Positions 25,400-37,689 of a stretch of DNA of 64,000 nt are shown here, one piece after another; the stretch's first letter is position 1, and every line of letters starts with the position of its first letter. The notes beneath the pieces were generated by a model. That model was given only the letters and a program-made list of their open reading frames with translations, was not told the DNA's origin and ran no database searches. This DNA comes from Narcine bancroftii (lineage: Eukaryota). Location of the stretch: the NCBI RefSeq assembly GCF_036971445.1, contig NC_091471.1:297476001-297540000 (forward strand), read 5' to 3'. The translations under genes and the position numbers were made by a program.

Positions 25400-26226
25400 T
25401 AAGGCAAAAAGATTTACAGCAGAATATATAATCACATACAGTTTAACAGAAATGAGTTGACAGACATCAAATCTTGATAATGGTCACCACTAAAAAGATT
25501 TTAAAAATTCAAGTGCTTTACCATCCATATTTGTAAAGTTTAAGACAAAAGTGTTTAACATTATAAGCAGAAAGATCTTTTAATTTCCACACACATTTTG
25601 GGGTTTATGTCGCAATGGTTACTTATAACCAGTCTTAGAATTTTAGCCAATTCATAATTTAAAATAAGTATTTTATGCAGTTCAACATGATGTTAATCTA
25701 CAGTAGCCAGAATTTTTAATACTTAATAGAAGTAAACTTCCTGCAAATTTACTGAAAATCGTTGCAATAGTTACTATACATTATAATATATACGTAGGCA
25801 CATTGGAAAGCCTAATATTCAGATTTAAATATGCTTCTCGCCATAATCAAGCTTTGTTTAGCATTCTCACTACATTTCTACATAAATGTTATGTTCAATG
25901 TACATTTCCTACAATAACAAAAATATTTACAGTTTGCACTAAATAAAAATCACTTGTCTGACAGTGAAAAGTAACTGGCTCTTTATACAAACTGTACAAA
26001 GAAAATTAGAATATAGCACTTGACCTAATTAAAGACTTTTGGCAGTCTTTTTCAAACAGTTCTTTGTAAACAAACATAATTGAAAATATTTGACAAAAAT
26101 TCGAGCTGTTTGGAATGAGCAGCAAGATTCTTTAATGTGTCCTCCAGTGCCAACATGATGAAGCAATCTCTTGTGTATTTATGGGACTGCTGCCTCTTCC
26201 CTCATTTGACATTATTTCTTCAGTTC
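25400..26226 (-). other. FZR1: Probable FZR1 3'UTR (distal end uncertain)
   Basis: Repeat-free AT-rich sequence after the stop, with TGTA motifs and ATTAAA-type hexamers near 25580 and 25715. Confidence 0.45.
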
Positions 26227-26268
26227 TCATCGTATCCTCGTAAAAAGATTTAGCACAGATATGGATTC
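26227..26268 (-). CDS. FZR1: Fizzy-related 1 (Cdh1), coding exon 13 (last)
   Basis: ESISVLNLFTRIR-stop, IR tail; AG 26270-26269. Confidence 0.96.
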   Translation of the reverse strand, partial: ESISVLNLFTRIR

Positions 26269-26933
26269 CTGTAAATCAAGACAAAAAAGTTTCCATGCTT
26301 TCTTTCCTCAAGAGTTGATTTATGTTCTACTATTCACATCCTGTAAGCCCTAGATTACATTTACAAAAGAACCATTTGTCACTAAAAGCATTTACACTAG
26401 ACACACAATAATTCTATTATTATATATGATAAACATAACTCCTTTTAATTATTACCACTTGCAAAGCATTTAGCCAATATAATAAATGTATGATTCAGTG
26501 ATGTTCCTCGTCCTGAAGTGCCAAATATAATGAAGCTGAATTGGTTAATGTACCATCAGAAATAATGTGGTGATCTGTAGAAGCATCTATTCATTGTTTC
26601 AATGCAACATTAATAAGGAACTTTCTCAAGGGTGGACCTCATTGGACACGGGATTGAGGGTTCCAGTGAGTGGGGAGGCAGCACGGCAAACATCACTTTT
26701 AGAAGGTTGGCAACTCCATTCTAATGAAGGGAAAGGTCCGTGTGGAGCCCAGAAATGGAAAATCTAATGCATCATTTCCAACCTGCAGCACATTCTTCAT
26801 ATCAGTACTTGAGTAAGCAGGTGCACGAATCCAGAACCCATGCATACCACAGTAAATCCACCACCTTGTGATCAGAATGACCTGAACTAACATCACTTTG
26901 ACCCCTGCCCCAGCTGCCCACCACACCACATAC

Positions 26934-27026
26934 CTTAGTTGAACGAGTTTTACTAAAAACATTCCAGAATCGAAGTGTTTCATCTCCAGCACCAGTGACT
27001 ATTGCTTCTCCATCTGGGGACATTGC
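26934..27026 (-). CDS. FZR1: FZR1 coding exon 12
   Basis: AMSPDGEAIVTGAGDETLRFWNVFSKTRSTK, 93 nt, AG/GT. Confidence 0.97.
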
Positions 27027-28231
27027 CTATAGATTAAAGAGAGAATTTAGTGTATGCATAATAATGCAGTCCTCTTAAAATACCAACATTCTTTTTCAGT
27101 TACATTGGTTTCTACAAAATCTGCTTTTATTAACAGCTTTTCTCTTGTCGGTCCTAAATTTTCCTAACTGGAAAATTTTGACTCATTTAACCTCTATTGC
27201 TGGATAGATATGTATAAAGAAGTCCCTTTGAAAGTTCACATTCATGGTTTTATTTATTGCCTCTACAGGTGTACATATTTTGACATCGCTTTTCTGCAGT
27301 AAACTCAGTCCAGAAAACAGATCCAATAAATGCCAGGTTGCTACCTTACAAACTGCGAGTCTCATCACTTAATAGTCTTCGGATTATCTAAAAATAGTTA
27401 AATAGACAAGGTTATGCACTGGAAAAACCTATTGCTGGTAGCAGTGCATCAGACTTCCGTGCTCGTGTAGTATGTGGTGTGATGAAGTGCAATTTGGTTC
27501 CACATCCCCCCCCCCCAATTGGATCGAACTTCAGTCTTTGCTGTGGATGTTAATGACCACATTGCTTAGAATAGAGATGCAGACACAGCATGCTACTAGA
27601 AAGGGGAGAAGGCATTGTTGCTCAGTTCTCAAGATGCTACAACTCGTTGGCCACACTGATCTTGGTGACAAGGTAAGACCTGTTCTAGGCTATTCCTAAA
27701 CAGCAGTTAATTCTCTCTCCATCTCTCAGAACTGCTTTGCCACTTCTATTCATCACACTGTTCAAGTAACTGGTGACCAATGCCAACAAGTTATTTGTCA
27801 TAGGATGATAATTTTGCTTGGCTCAAGAGGAGAGTTTAATTAAAGCTGAAAGGACACCCCAATGCTGGTTAAATGCATGTTGCCATACAAATTAAACAGT
27901 GACTCAAGGAGTTTGATTTTGGGTAACTAATGGAATAAATTTCATTTGTTGAAGTGGTAAATATGTCTTAAAAGTATGAGCCAATTTCATTGTACCCATA
28001 TTTTGTTACTGAAACAGCCATACGATAAACCAGATCAGAGTGTCGACACACAGCAGTAGGTTTCTTTTAGTCCTGGATTCTAGAGGTCAGTAATGTTAAA
28101 ATGAATGTTGTGGCATAAGAGGATTTGCCACCCTGAAGATAGCATCCAGAATATGCAAAATTAGGGCATTATACAAATGTGCTGGAGAAACTCAGGTTAT
28201 GCAGCATCCAGAGAAGCAACTTTTCTGGCCT

Positions 28232-28570
28232 GAGGCCTTTGTCAGGAATGTGGGAAAAAAAGGTAGATGCAAGAACATCTTGTGAGGGAAGGGGAACAGG
28301 AGGAGCACAGGCTGAAGCTGAGAAGTGATAGAGGATGATGATGAGGAGGAGGCCTTTGTCAGGAATGTGGAAAAAAGGTAGATGCAATAACATCTTGTGA
28401 GGGAAGGGGAAGAGGAGGAGCACAGGCTGAAGCTGAGAAGTGATAGAGGATGATGATGAGGAGGAGGAGGCCTTTGTCAGGAATGTGGAAAAAAAGGTAG
28501 ATGCAAGAACATCTTGTGAGGGAGGGGAAGAGGAGGAGCACAGGCTGAAGCTGAGGATGATGAGGATAGA
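28232..28570. repeat. ~118-bp tandem repeat, ~2.8 copies, inside a repeat-derived segment
   Basis: gaggcctttgtcaggaatgtgg...gatgatgatgaggag restarts at ~28232, ~28349, ~28468. Confidence 0.9.
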
Positions 28571-28900
28571 AGTCTAAAGATAGCTCTGTGGAGAAAGGAG
28601 GGATACAGGACAAGGAGGGTTCAGCAGAAATTGAAGTCAGTATTGATATCATCTGGTTGGATACTGCTGAGACAGAATATAAGGATGTGTTCCTCTCTTT
28701 TGGCCAGTGACCAAAATTAACATCTTAAAAATATACACCATCAAAGTGGCTAATTTAATATGAGCAAAGCACAAAGACCAATGTGCTATTCAGAAAAAAA
28801 TGAGGATTGCAGATTTTCAGATGGATGTAGTTCAGAGAGCCAATGGATTATTTTGATGTTGTGTTCTAGATAAGAAATGAGAAGTACTAAAGCCACCCAC

Positions 28901-29005
28901 CAAGTAGAGCACTCTGTACGAGTGCCCAGTCAGTTTGGCCACTTGTGTCAATGACGGATACTTCCAAACGAGGATTTGATTCTGGGAATATCCATGAGTA
29001 CTCAC
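28901..29005 (-). CDS. FZR1: FZR1 coding exon 11
   Basis: VSTHGYSQNQILVWKYPSLTQVAKLTGHSYRVLYL, 105 nt. Confidence 0.97.
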
Positions 29006-30827
29006 CTAAGGATATGAAAAGAATTGGTTTACTTACAAAAAAAATTTCAAAAGCAATTTAATTATAAAACATTGGAATGAAAACACTACATTTATGATAG
29101 AAGTACACAATAGGTACAAAACTGCTTGTGAACTCTACAATTTACCAATCAGCCCTTAAAAACCCTCCAGTGAAAACCACAAAGCTTTGTATTCTCAGTA
29201 AATTTCCCTCAAATTAATTGCACTTAGTGATTCGTGTTGATTTACTGTCACGCTGCATTTCCCGACAGGAGCTGAGAGAGCAAGAATAAATGCGAGCAGG
29301 AGTGTTCAAATAGCAATGGGAAAGGTAGGTGCTTGTTTATTTCTTCCATTAGCTTATTAGCTGCGGCCAATAAAAGGAAGAGTCACCACTTTGGGCTTTG
29401 ACAAGCAGAAGTGATAGTGCAGGAACCAGCCTCTCCAGGAATAAAAAGATTCAACAAGAAAGCACAGGTAATATACATATTTTATATTTTTTGTAGTTCA
29501 TAGACAGAGGGAATGGCAGGCGGGTTGGGGACCTACTCTCTTGAAGTAGGTGAATAATCAGGGAAGCCAACAGTGTTGGGGAAATGGAGCAGGATGAACT
29601 CCAGATCATTCAAGAGACTTGAGCAGGAGTTAAGCAATTATACCTAGGAGGAAGGCAACTGGGTACAGGGCACTCCTGTGGCTGTTCTCTATTACATATA
29701 GTTTTGGATAATGTTGAGGAGAATGATCTACCAGTGACAGGCCAAGCAAACAGGTCTCTGGCACAGAGTCTGGGATTGTAGCTTAGAAGGGAAGTGAGGT
29801 GAACTGTAGTGACAGGGGATTCTTAAATTATGGAAACAGAGAAGAGGTTCTATGGAAGAGATCAAGAATTCTGGATGGCATGTTGTTTCTCAGGTATCAG
29901 GGTCCAGGCTGTCTCAGAATCCACTGTATTCTCAAGAGGGAGGGTCCAAGTAGGGACCAATGATGTAGGCAGGAAGGGTGTGGAGTTCCTGCAAAGAGTT
30001 CAGGTGTGAAGTTGAAGGACTGGACCTCCAGGTTTGTGATCTCAGGATTGCTATCTGTGCCACATGCTAATGTGGTTAGAAATAGGATGATAATGCAACT
30101 TACTATATGACTGAAGAGGTAATGCAGGAGGGAGGGCTTCAGGTTTCTGGACCATTGGGCTCTCTTCCAGGGAAGGTGGGACCTGTTCTGGCAGGTCAGT
30201 TTGCATCTAAACTGAAGAGGGACTAATATCCTTGGGTGAAGGTTTGGTAGAGATGCTCTTGGTGGGGGGGGGGGGGGGGTTTAACTAGATTTTCAGGTTA
30301 GAGTGTCAGAGCAGATTGCAGAATGGAGTGGAAAAAATGTTAAGACTGCAAAGATAAATCAAAGGGTTGTGCATGGTGGGAATAATGGTAGGTCTATTTC
30401 AGTGCAAGGTGTATTGTAGGAAAGGCAGATGAGTGTAGAGTATGGATTGGCCCTTGGCATTATGACACTAGCTATTAGTGAAACTTGGTTGTAGGAAGGC
30501 TAGGACTAGAATTTCAGTGTTCTGATGTATCAGATGTGATTGAGCCGGAGGGAAAATGTCATAGCTATGCTCAGACAGGAGGCTATATATGTGTGCAGCT
30601 GAGGAACAAGAAAGGAATCTCTACATTAATAGGGCTATGTTATAGACAACCCATAGCCAGCGAGAACTGGAGGAGCAAATCTGCAGGGAGACTGCAGACA
30701 GCTGCAAGAAAAAGTTGTTCTAGTAGAGATCTTAACCTTCCACATATTGACTGGGACTTGCATACTGTAAAGAGCTGGATGGGTTAGAGTTTGCCAAATG
30801 TTCAAGAAAGTTTTCTAAATCAATATA

Positions 30828-31038
30828 CAGTTTAAAAAAAAAGTATCTGGCACCCATGGGGATTGGCAGATGCTGGGTAAGTGAATTTTACTGTTGCTTG
30901 AGATTGCATTGTGTGATTGGCAAATTAACCACTATGGGTGCCAATTTTAAATGTTCATAGTTTTTACCTATTTATTTTCTGTGCTGGTTGCTTGAGGGTT
31001 CCAGTTACTTGAATTTTGGATAAGGGGGAATTTTACGA
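30828..31038. mobile_element. Tigger-like MITE nested in the CR1 (same family as 2438-3639)
   Basis: Shared internal sequence gttgcttgagattg...ccaattttaaa; TA duplication splits CR1 aatcaatata|tagaaaactagagag. Confidence 0.75.
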
Positions 31039-32260
31039 TAGAAAACTAGAGAGAATGCAATTGTGCATCTCTTATTAGGGAATGAAACAGGTGACAGAGG
31101 TACATGTAGAGGAATACTTTGGGTTCAGTGATCATGATCCCACAGGTTTCAAGATAATTATGGATAAGGATATGTCTGGTTCTCTCTAAATTGGAGAAAG
31201 GTCAATTTTGAGGTAATGAAAAAGGATCCATAATGCATGAATTGGGTCAGGTTGTTTAATGGCAATGATGTACTCGGTAAGTGGAAGACCAAATATTCGT
31301 GTAAGGAACAAAGGCAAAGCTAAGAGGCATCAGGAATCTTGGTTTTTGAGGGATATTGGGGATCTGCTTAAGAGAGCTATAAGCAACAAGAAGCAAATGA
31401 GATACTTGAATATAATAAGAAAATGTGAGAAAAATCAGGTGGGGTTAAAAGAAGACACTAGGGTACTTTGGTAGACAAAGTGAGAAAATCCTAAGAGTTT
31501 CTACAGATATATCAAGAACAAAAGGATAGTAAGGGACAAAATTGGTTATCTCGAAAATCAGAATGAGGCAATCTGATTTTTTTTTTGTTTCTATATTTTC
31601 TCCGGAAACTGGCACAGACACTATGGAAAAGAGGCAAACAAGCAGTGGGGTCATGGAACTGATACAGATTAGAGAGATGGTGCTTGCTGTCCTAAAACAA
31701 ATAAGGGTGGATAAATCTCTAGAGCCTGACAAGGCTATTGTATAAATTGCAGGGGCCCTGGCAGAAGTATTTAAAATCTCTTTAGCCAAGGGTGTGATAC
31801 CAGAGACTGGAGGGTAACTAGTGTTCTGTGATTTCTTTTTAAAAAAAAGGCTCTAAAAATAATCCAGGAAATTATAGGCCAGTGATCTGACATCAGTAGT
31901 TGGCAAGTTATTGGAAGATGTTCTTAGAGATATTTACAAATATTTGGATAGACTGAGAAGGGATAGTCAACATGGCTCTTATGTGATAGGTTGTTTTTAA
32001 CCAATCATAAAATTTTGAGGACGTTACCAAGAAAGTTGAAACAAAAGATGTGGATATTGTACATATGGACTAAAGACCCTGCATGGGAGGTTAGTCAGGA
32101 AAGTTCAGTCACTCTGTGCTCATGATGAAGGAGTAAACTGGATTCTACATTCTCTTCACAGAAGCCAGAGAGTGGTCATGGATGACTGGAAGCCTATGGT
32201 GTGCCTGAAGGATTGGTGCTGGATCCATTGTTGTTAGCTATTTACATCAATGATCAAGAT

Positions 32261-32540
32261 CATTCGTTTTCAAACTTTTTCTTTCCACTCACATCCCACT
32301 TTAAGTAATCCCTATATCATAGGTGCTCTGTGATTAGTAAGGGATTACTTAAGGTGGTAGGTGAGTGGAAAGAAAAAGTTTGAAAACCACAGTTTTAATC
32401 GTACCCATTTGACTCGTTATGTGCACGGTTTCAGAACTCCAAAGGAAATGGGCCAATGACAATTTTTCTCAAGCAAAATATTTCAGTAACAATTGCATCT
32501 ATGGCATAGGGATTACTTCAAGTGGTATGTGAGTGGCAAG
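32261..32540. mobile_element. Palindromic hAT-like MITE nested in the CR1 RT region
   Basis: gttttcaaactttttctttccactcac...gtgagtggaaagaaaaagtttgaaaac long hairpin 32261-32392, then a partial repeat arm. Confidence 0.7.
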
Positions 32541-33259
32541 ATTCCCTTAAGGTGGCATCACAGGAAGATAAGAGTCAAAGAGAGCTATTGGCACATTGAC
32601 CTTCATAAATCAAAGTATTGAGTAAGGAGTTGGAATGTTATGGTGAAGTTGTATGAAACATTAGTGAGGCCAAATTTGGAGTATCATGCAGTTTTGGTCA
32701 CCTAACTATAGGAATGATATCAATAGGATTGAAAGAGTGCAGAGGAGATTTACAAGGACATTGCCAGGTCTTGAACTAAGTTACAGGGAAAGATTAAACC
32801 GGTTAGGACTTTATTCCCTGGAGTGTGTAAGAATGAGGGGAGATTTGATGGAGGTATGCAAAATTATGAGGGGCACAGATAGAATAAATGCAAGCAGGCT
32901 TTTTCCAGAGGTTTGGTGAGATAAAAACTGGAAGACATGATTTAATGGTGAAAAGTTTAAAGGAAACATTAGGGGGAACTTCATGCAGAGTGCTGAGAGT
33001 GTGGAACAAGCTGCCAGCTGAAGTGGTGAATGCAGGCTCAATTTTGACATTTAGGAAAAATTTGGACAGATACATGGAAGGGGTATGGAGGGATATGATT
33101 TGGGTGCAGGTCAGTGGGATCATAGTTTGGCATAGACTAAGGGTCAAAGGGCCTGTTTCTCTGCTGTAGTGCTCTATGGATCTATCAAATCAGACTCACA
33201 TGGCGTGGAAACAGGCCCTCAGTCCAATTTGCCCAAGTCGACTCAAATGTCCCACCCAG

Positions 33260-34620
33260 GAAAAAGGTATAGGTGGCACAAGACTAACTACCAGGTTCAG
33301 GAACAGCTGCTACCCCTTCATCATGATCCCTAATGACAAACTCAATCAAAGACTCATTTAAGGACTCTTACTTGCGCACTATTAATTTTCTTTTGTTCTC
33401 TCTGTATTGCAGTTTGTTTACATTTGTTATCTTTTCTGTTTACGCTGTGTACAGTTTATTTTTGCACTACCATTTAGTGGCAATTTTGTCGCGCCTGCAG
33501 TAAAAAGGAATCTTAGGGTTATAATGTGATGTCATTTATGTAATCTGACAATAAATCTGAATCCATACAATCCCACATGTCTGCATTTCACTTCTGTACC
33601 TCTAAACCTATCTTAACTATACATTCATTCAATTATTTTCTTAATCTTTGCAATAGCACCTAGCTCAACCTCCAGCATACACTCACTACCTTGTGTAGAA
33701 CAAGTTACCCCTCAGTTCCTGTTAAAATTTCTCCTCCCTCACTCTAAACTCCTGTCCCCTCATTTTCAGTTTCCCTACTCTCGATGAGTGTTTTGTGCAA
33801 TCTACTCCTTGCATTAATTTGTGTACCTCCAAGTTCTTCCTTCATCCACCTGAGCTCCTTTTGTACTGGCAACCTCCTCAAAAATTTTCTGCACCCTCCT
33901 AATTTGACTATGTTGAGCTCTGCCCACCTGTCCAACCAATCAATAATCCTGCTGCAATCTTTGGCAACTGACTTCACTATCTACAATATCAACCACAAAC
34001 TTACTAATCATGCCACATATACATTTTCAACCAAATCATTGGTATAGATGTCAAACAGCAATGGGCCCAGCACCAAACCTGGTGGCACACCGATAGTCAC
34101 AGGCCTCCAGTCCAATAAACCACCTTCCACCATCACCCTCTGCTTTCTTCCACAAATCAAATTTCCTGTCCATTCTGGTATCTCACCTTGGACCCATGTG
34201 ATCTAACCTTCCAGATCAGCCTATGAAGTGGAACCTTATTGAAAGCCCTGCTGAAATCCATAGATACAACATCCACAGTCCTGCATCAACCTTCTTGGCC
34301 ACCGTCAAAGCGCTCAGATTTGTGAGATGTGTTCTGTTACAAAACCATGCTTACTAGCCTTAATCAGTCCATGACCAGCCAAATGTATGTGCACCTCCTT
34401 CAGAATACTTTCTAGTAACTTACCAGCCACAGATATTGGGCTCTCTGGCCTGCGGTTCCCAGGCTTTTCTCTGCAGCCCTTGTTTGAACAGGGGCACAAC
34501 ATTAGCCACTCTTCAGTCTTACGGCGCCACACTCAACATCTCAAAACTCTCAGCCAGGGCACCTGCAATTCCCTCTCTAGCTTTCCTGTGTCCTTGAATA
34601 CATCTGATCAGACAGAAGAG
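33260..34620. mobile_element. Rex1 3' fragment (+, 33260-33560) and decayed CR1 (-, 33600-34620)
   Basis: TTRFRNSCYP; minus strand REKPGN.RP.S..SVAGKLLESIL..HGFV. Confidence 0.65.
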
Positions 34621-35268
34621 TTTAATAAGCCAAGAACCACCATCTTCTGGTGAAATATTCAGCAATAATTGAGTGGAATTTTACAAAAACGGACAGCATG
34701 AAATCTGCTATGCACATCCCTCTTAAACAGGGACTCAATATGCCAAAACCAAGCTCCAAGTCTTACCTTTAATTCTGACAGGAACACAAACTAACCTCAA
34801 AATGTCACCTTCAAAAGCACTCATTTGCCAGGAAACAACCCGTCCTAATCCACACTTACATAGAACATAACAGCACAAAAACAGACGCTTTTGCTCTTAG
34901 TCTGCGCTGAACCATTATTCTGCCTAGCCCCACTGACCTGCACTAAGTCCACAGCCCTCCATACTTCTCTCATCCATGTACCTGTCAACATTCTTAAAAG
35001 TTATAACTGAGCCTGGTGCTTTCCAGATCCTTTCGGATACCATCAAAATTGGCTTTTCCCCAATTTAGAATCTCAATCCAAAAAACAGACCTATCCTTTT
35101 TAATACTTATTTTGAAAGTAATTACATGATAACTAGATCCAAAGTGTTCCTTACGCACACTTTCATCACCTGCCCTGTTGATTTAGGAATTGGCAAACTC
35201 TAACTCAGTCAATGTGGAAAGTTAAAATAGCTTATTACCTGCAACTGACAACTATCCAAATTTGTACT

Positions 35269-35307
35269 CTAACCCTAAGCCTAAGCCTAAGCCTAAGCCT
35301 AAGCCTA
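35269..35307. repeat. (CCTAAG)n hexamer microsatellite preceded by one CCCTAA
   Basis: ctaaccctaagcctaagcctaagcctaagcctaagccta. Confidence 0.85.
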
Positions 35308-35506
35308 CAAATTTGCTCCTCCAATTCTTGCCGACTGTTAAGGTCTATACCATAATACCATCAATGTGTTCATCCCTTTGCATTCCTCAATCAGGTCATG
35401 TGAAATCACCAGTAACTTTTTTTTTTTTTAAATGAAGTTGCTCACCACCAGCAGACCAACATCACTAGGTTCAGCAAACCAAATGGTGGAAGAGATTGAT
35501 ATGGTA

Positions 35507-35598
35507 CAGGGATACGATCCTTTATCCGGAACCCTTGGGGAACAGTGTGTTCTGGATTTCAGATTTTGGAAAGCCTGATTTAAGCCCACCCAAATTGT
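35507..35598. mobile_element. Truncated MITE end, inverted relative to 36558-36823
   Basis: Reverse complement of 36732-36823 with about 9 mismatches. Confidence 0.85.
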
Positions 35599-35741
35599 CC
35601 CACACTTGTGTGGGACTGGATACAGGCCAAACCAGACAAAGACAACTTTCTTTTTAACAATACTGGTTTTTATAATTGCCTCACTTTTATAAGTACAAGC
35701 AGCATTAAAAAAATCCACGTGGAGTAAATTTTTCCACTTAC

Positions 35742-35975
35742 TAGTTCATTTGCGTGTTTGGACCAGGCAAGGTTGCACACCTGGGAACCTGTATCAATGC
35801 ATTGCAAAGGTTGAGAGGTAAGTGTGTTCCAGAAACGAATGCAGCGGTCCGCAGTTCCACCACCTGATGCGAGGAGGCCATGCTGGTGGGGAGACCAGGC
35901 AATGGCTTTCACAGCTGCAAGATGCTCGGTATACTGCTGCACTGGACCTGAACTGGAGTTGTTCCATACCAGAAG
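35742..35975 (-). CDS. FZR1: FZR1 coding exon 10
   Basis: LLVWNNSSSGPVQQYTEHLAAVKAIAWSPHQHGLLASGGGTADRCIRFWNT...SKHANEL, 234 nt. Confidence 0.97.
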
Positions 35976-36557
35976 CTAACCAAATGAGCAAGTGTAAAAT
36001 AAAAAGAGATGCAATGTCATATTTTGCAATGCAAAATGAAACATTTTTTACTTAAACATCAAAGGAACAAGAACAGATCTCGTAAAGCCTGTTTTTACAA
36101 AAAGAAGTTCATTTTTCAGGAGCAGGAGATCAAGCAAAAACCAATAGCGTTTTGAACCCCCCCCCCGCCCCCCCCCCCCGAAGATGCTCAAGTATGACCA
36201 TCCTGGCAGCTCGTCTAGGTTTCACAATGCAGCTTGAAATTGGGTTCATCTGTGAGAAACACAGAGCTCATGTTATTTGACAACAGTTCCTCATCCCTGT
36301 CTGCAATACCTGCAGTCTAGAGCCAATCCAAAATGCGCTTCATGACAAGATCTAATGGGGTTTAATTCACACCGTTTGTCCATGCACGTTTCAGAAACGA
36401 ATGGTCATGCTGTATCTGTTCAAATGCTCCCTTTTGTGCCAAGAGCCGCACGGGATCCGGCAGTGGAAACCCATTCCTCCCTTCACAATGTGTCAATGAT
36501 GCTGGGGCAACCAAGATTTCTTCAGGCAACACAACCCTGCTAAAGTCAGTAATAGTA

Positions 36558-36823
36558 CAGGTACACGATCCTCAATCCGGACATCTAAAATCCAGGAAGC
36601 TCCAAAATCCAGCAAGAAGGGAGAGGAGACTGCCAGCACGGGTCGGGCGGCCGAGAGACCGGAAATGCGAGTCAGGGGGGCGAGGGGAGACAGCAGGGCG
36701 ACTGGAAGGGGGCGGGGGTGAACACAGCAGCACAATTTGGGTGGGCTTAAATCAGGCTTTCTGAAATCTGAAATCTGGAACACACCGTCCCCCAAGGGTT
36801 CTGGATAAAGGATCGTGTTCCTG
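36558..36823. mobile_element. Tc1/mariner-type MITE, complete
   Basis: TIRs caggtacacgatcct / aggatcgtgttcctg, TA duplication. Confidence 0.8.
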
Positions 36824-36842
36824 TACCATATCTTATTATTAC

Positions 36843-37027
36843 CTTGTTGTCATTTCCTCCAGAAGCTAGAAGCTGGTGATCTGTCGACCATTTCAAACCA
36901 CAAACTTCCTGTCTGTGACCCTGAAGACGTCGCTCAGATTGCAATGGTGGGGTGCGGATATCCCGCTGGAGAATGAGACGATCCCTACTTCCTGATGACA
37001 GCTGATCAGCATTCCATGCCAGGGCCC
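36843..37027 (-). CDS. FZR1: FZR1 coding exon 9
   Basis: (G)ALAWNADQLSSGSRDRLILQRDIRTPPLQSERRLQGHRQEVCGLKWSTDHQLLASGGNDNK, 185 nt. Confidence 0.97.
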
Positions 37028-37689
37028 CTAGAGAGCAATCAACTTTAAGTATAACCTGTCATTTTGAAAATATGCACAGGTAGAAATCACAACGAATGCT
37101 TTAAACAGAATGTTTAATTTGATTAGAAATTTTCCTGGCTCTAGTAAAAATGTTTCATTCTGCCCATTCCATTAGGCTTAAAATCTGTGATTTCTTCATG
37201 TTTTTCCAATTGAAGGGAGGCTGTTTCATGAGCATCTCAAACCAAACTTGCAGATTTAACTGCTCAAAGATGGTAGTGAGCCACTCTTCCAACCAATGTG
37301 GTACTCCCAGCACATTATATACATGTTCTGATCTAGCTTCAAGTGATAAACTTCCAGACCAGGATGCCCTGGGAATCTCCAGGATTCTTTCCAATATGCG
37401 TGTTCAGATAAGAGGTTACAGGTTTAGACAGGTGTTGTTGAATAAGCTGAAAGCAATAAACATTGTGAAAGACTCCACACATTCCGCATGTAAACTGTTC
37501 TCCCTTCTGCTATCTGGCAGGAGGTACTGAAGCACTCAGGCCCTTATGTCCAGAGTGGGAAACAGATTTTTCCCTCAAGCCATTAGGATCCTGAACTCCC
37601 AGTACAGTTGTGCATAGAGCGCCGTGGACTTTCAGTTTATACATCTTAATTCCATAATATTTTAATGGGTTAACTGCTTTCCTAACTTG

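Larger units (their letters stand above)
29330..33175 (+). mobile_element. Near full-length decayed CR1 LINE (5'UTR, ORF1 esterase, APE, RT, 3' end), antisense in an FZR1 intron
   Basis: ORF1 SGNH-like VV.GDS...RF.GRD..MACCF.G (~29810); DLNLPHIDWD; NPGNYRPV; RPNLEY.MQFWSPNYR. Confidence 0.85.

Noticed and set aside
35269-35307. Interstitial telomere-like tract (TTAGGC)n
   Set aside because: Only ~6 units with one canonical TTAGGG; best explained as microsatellite slippage
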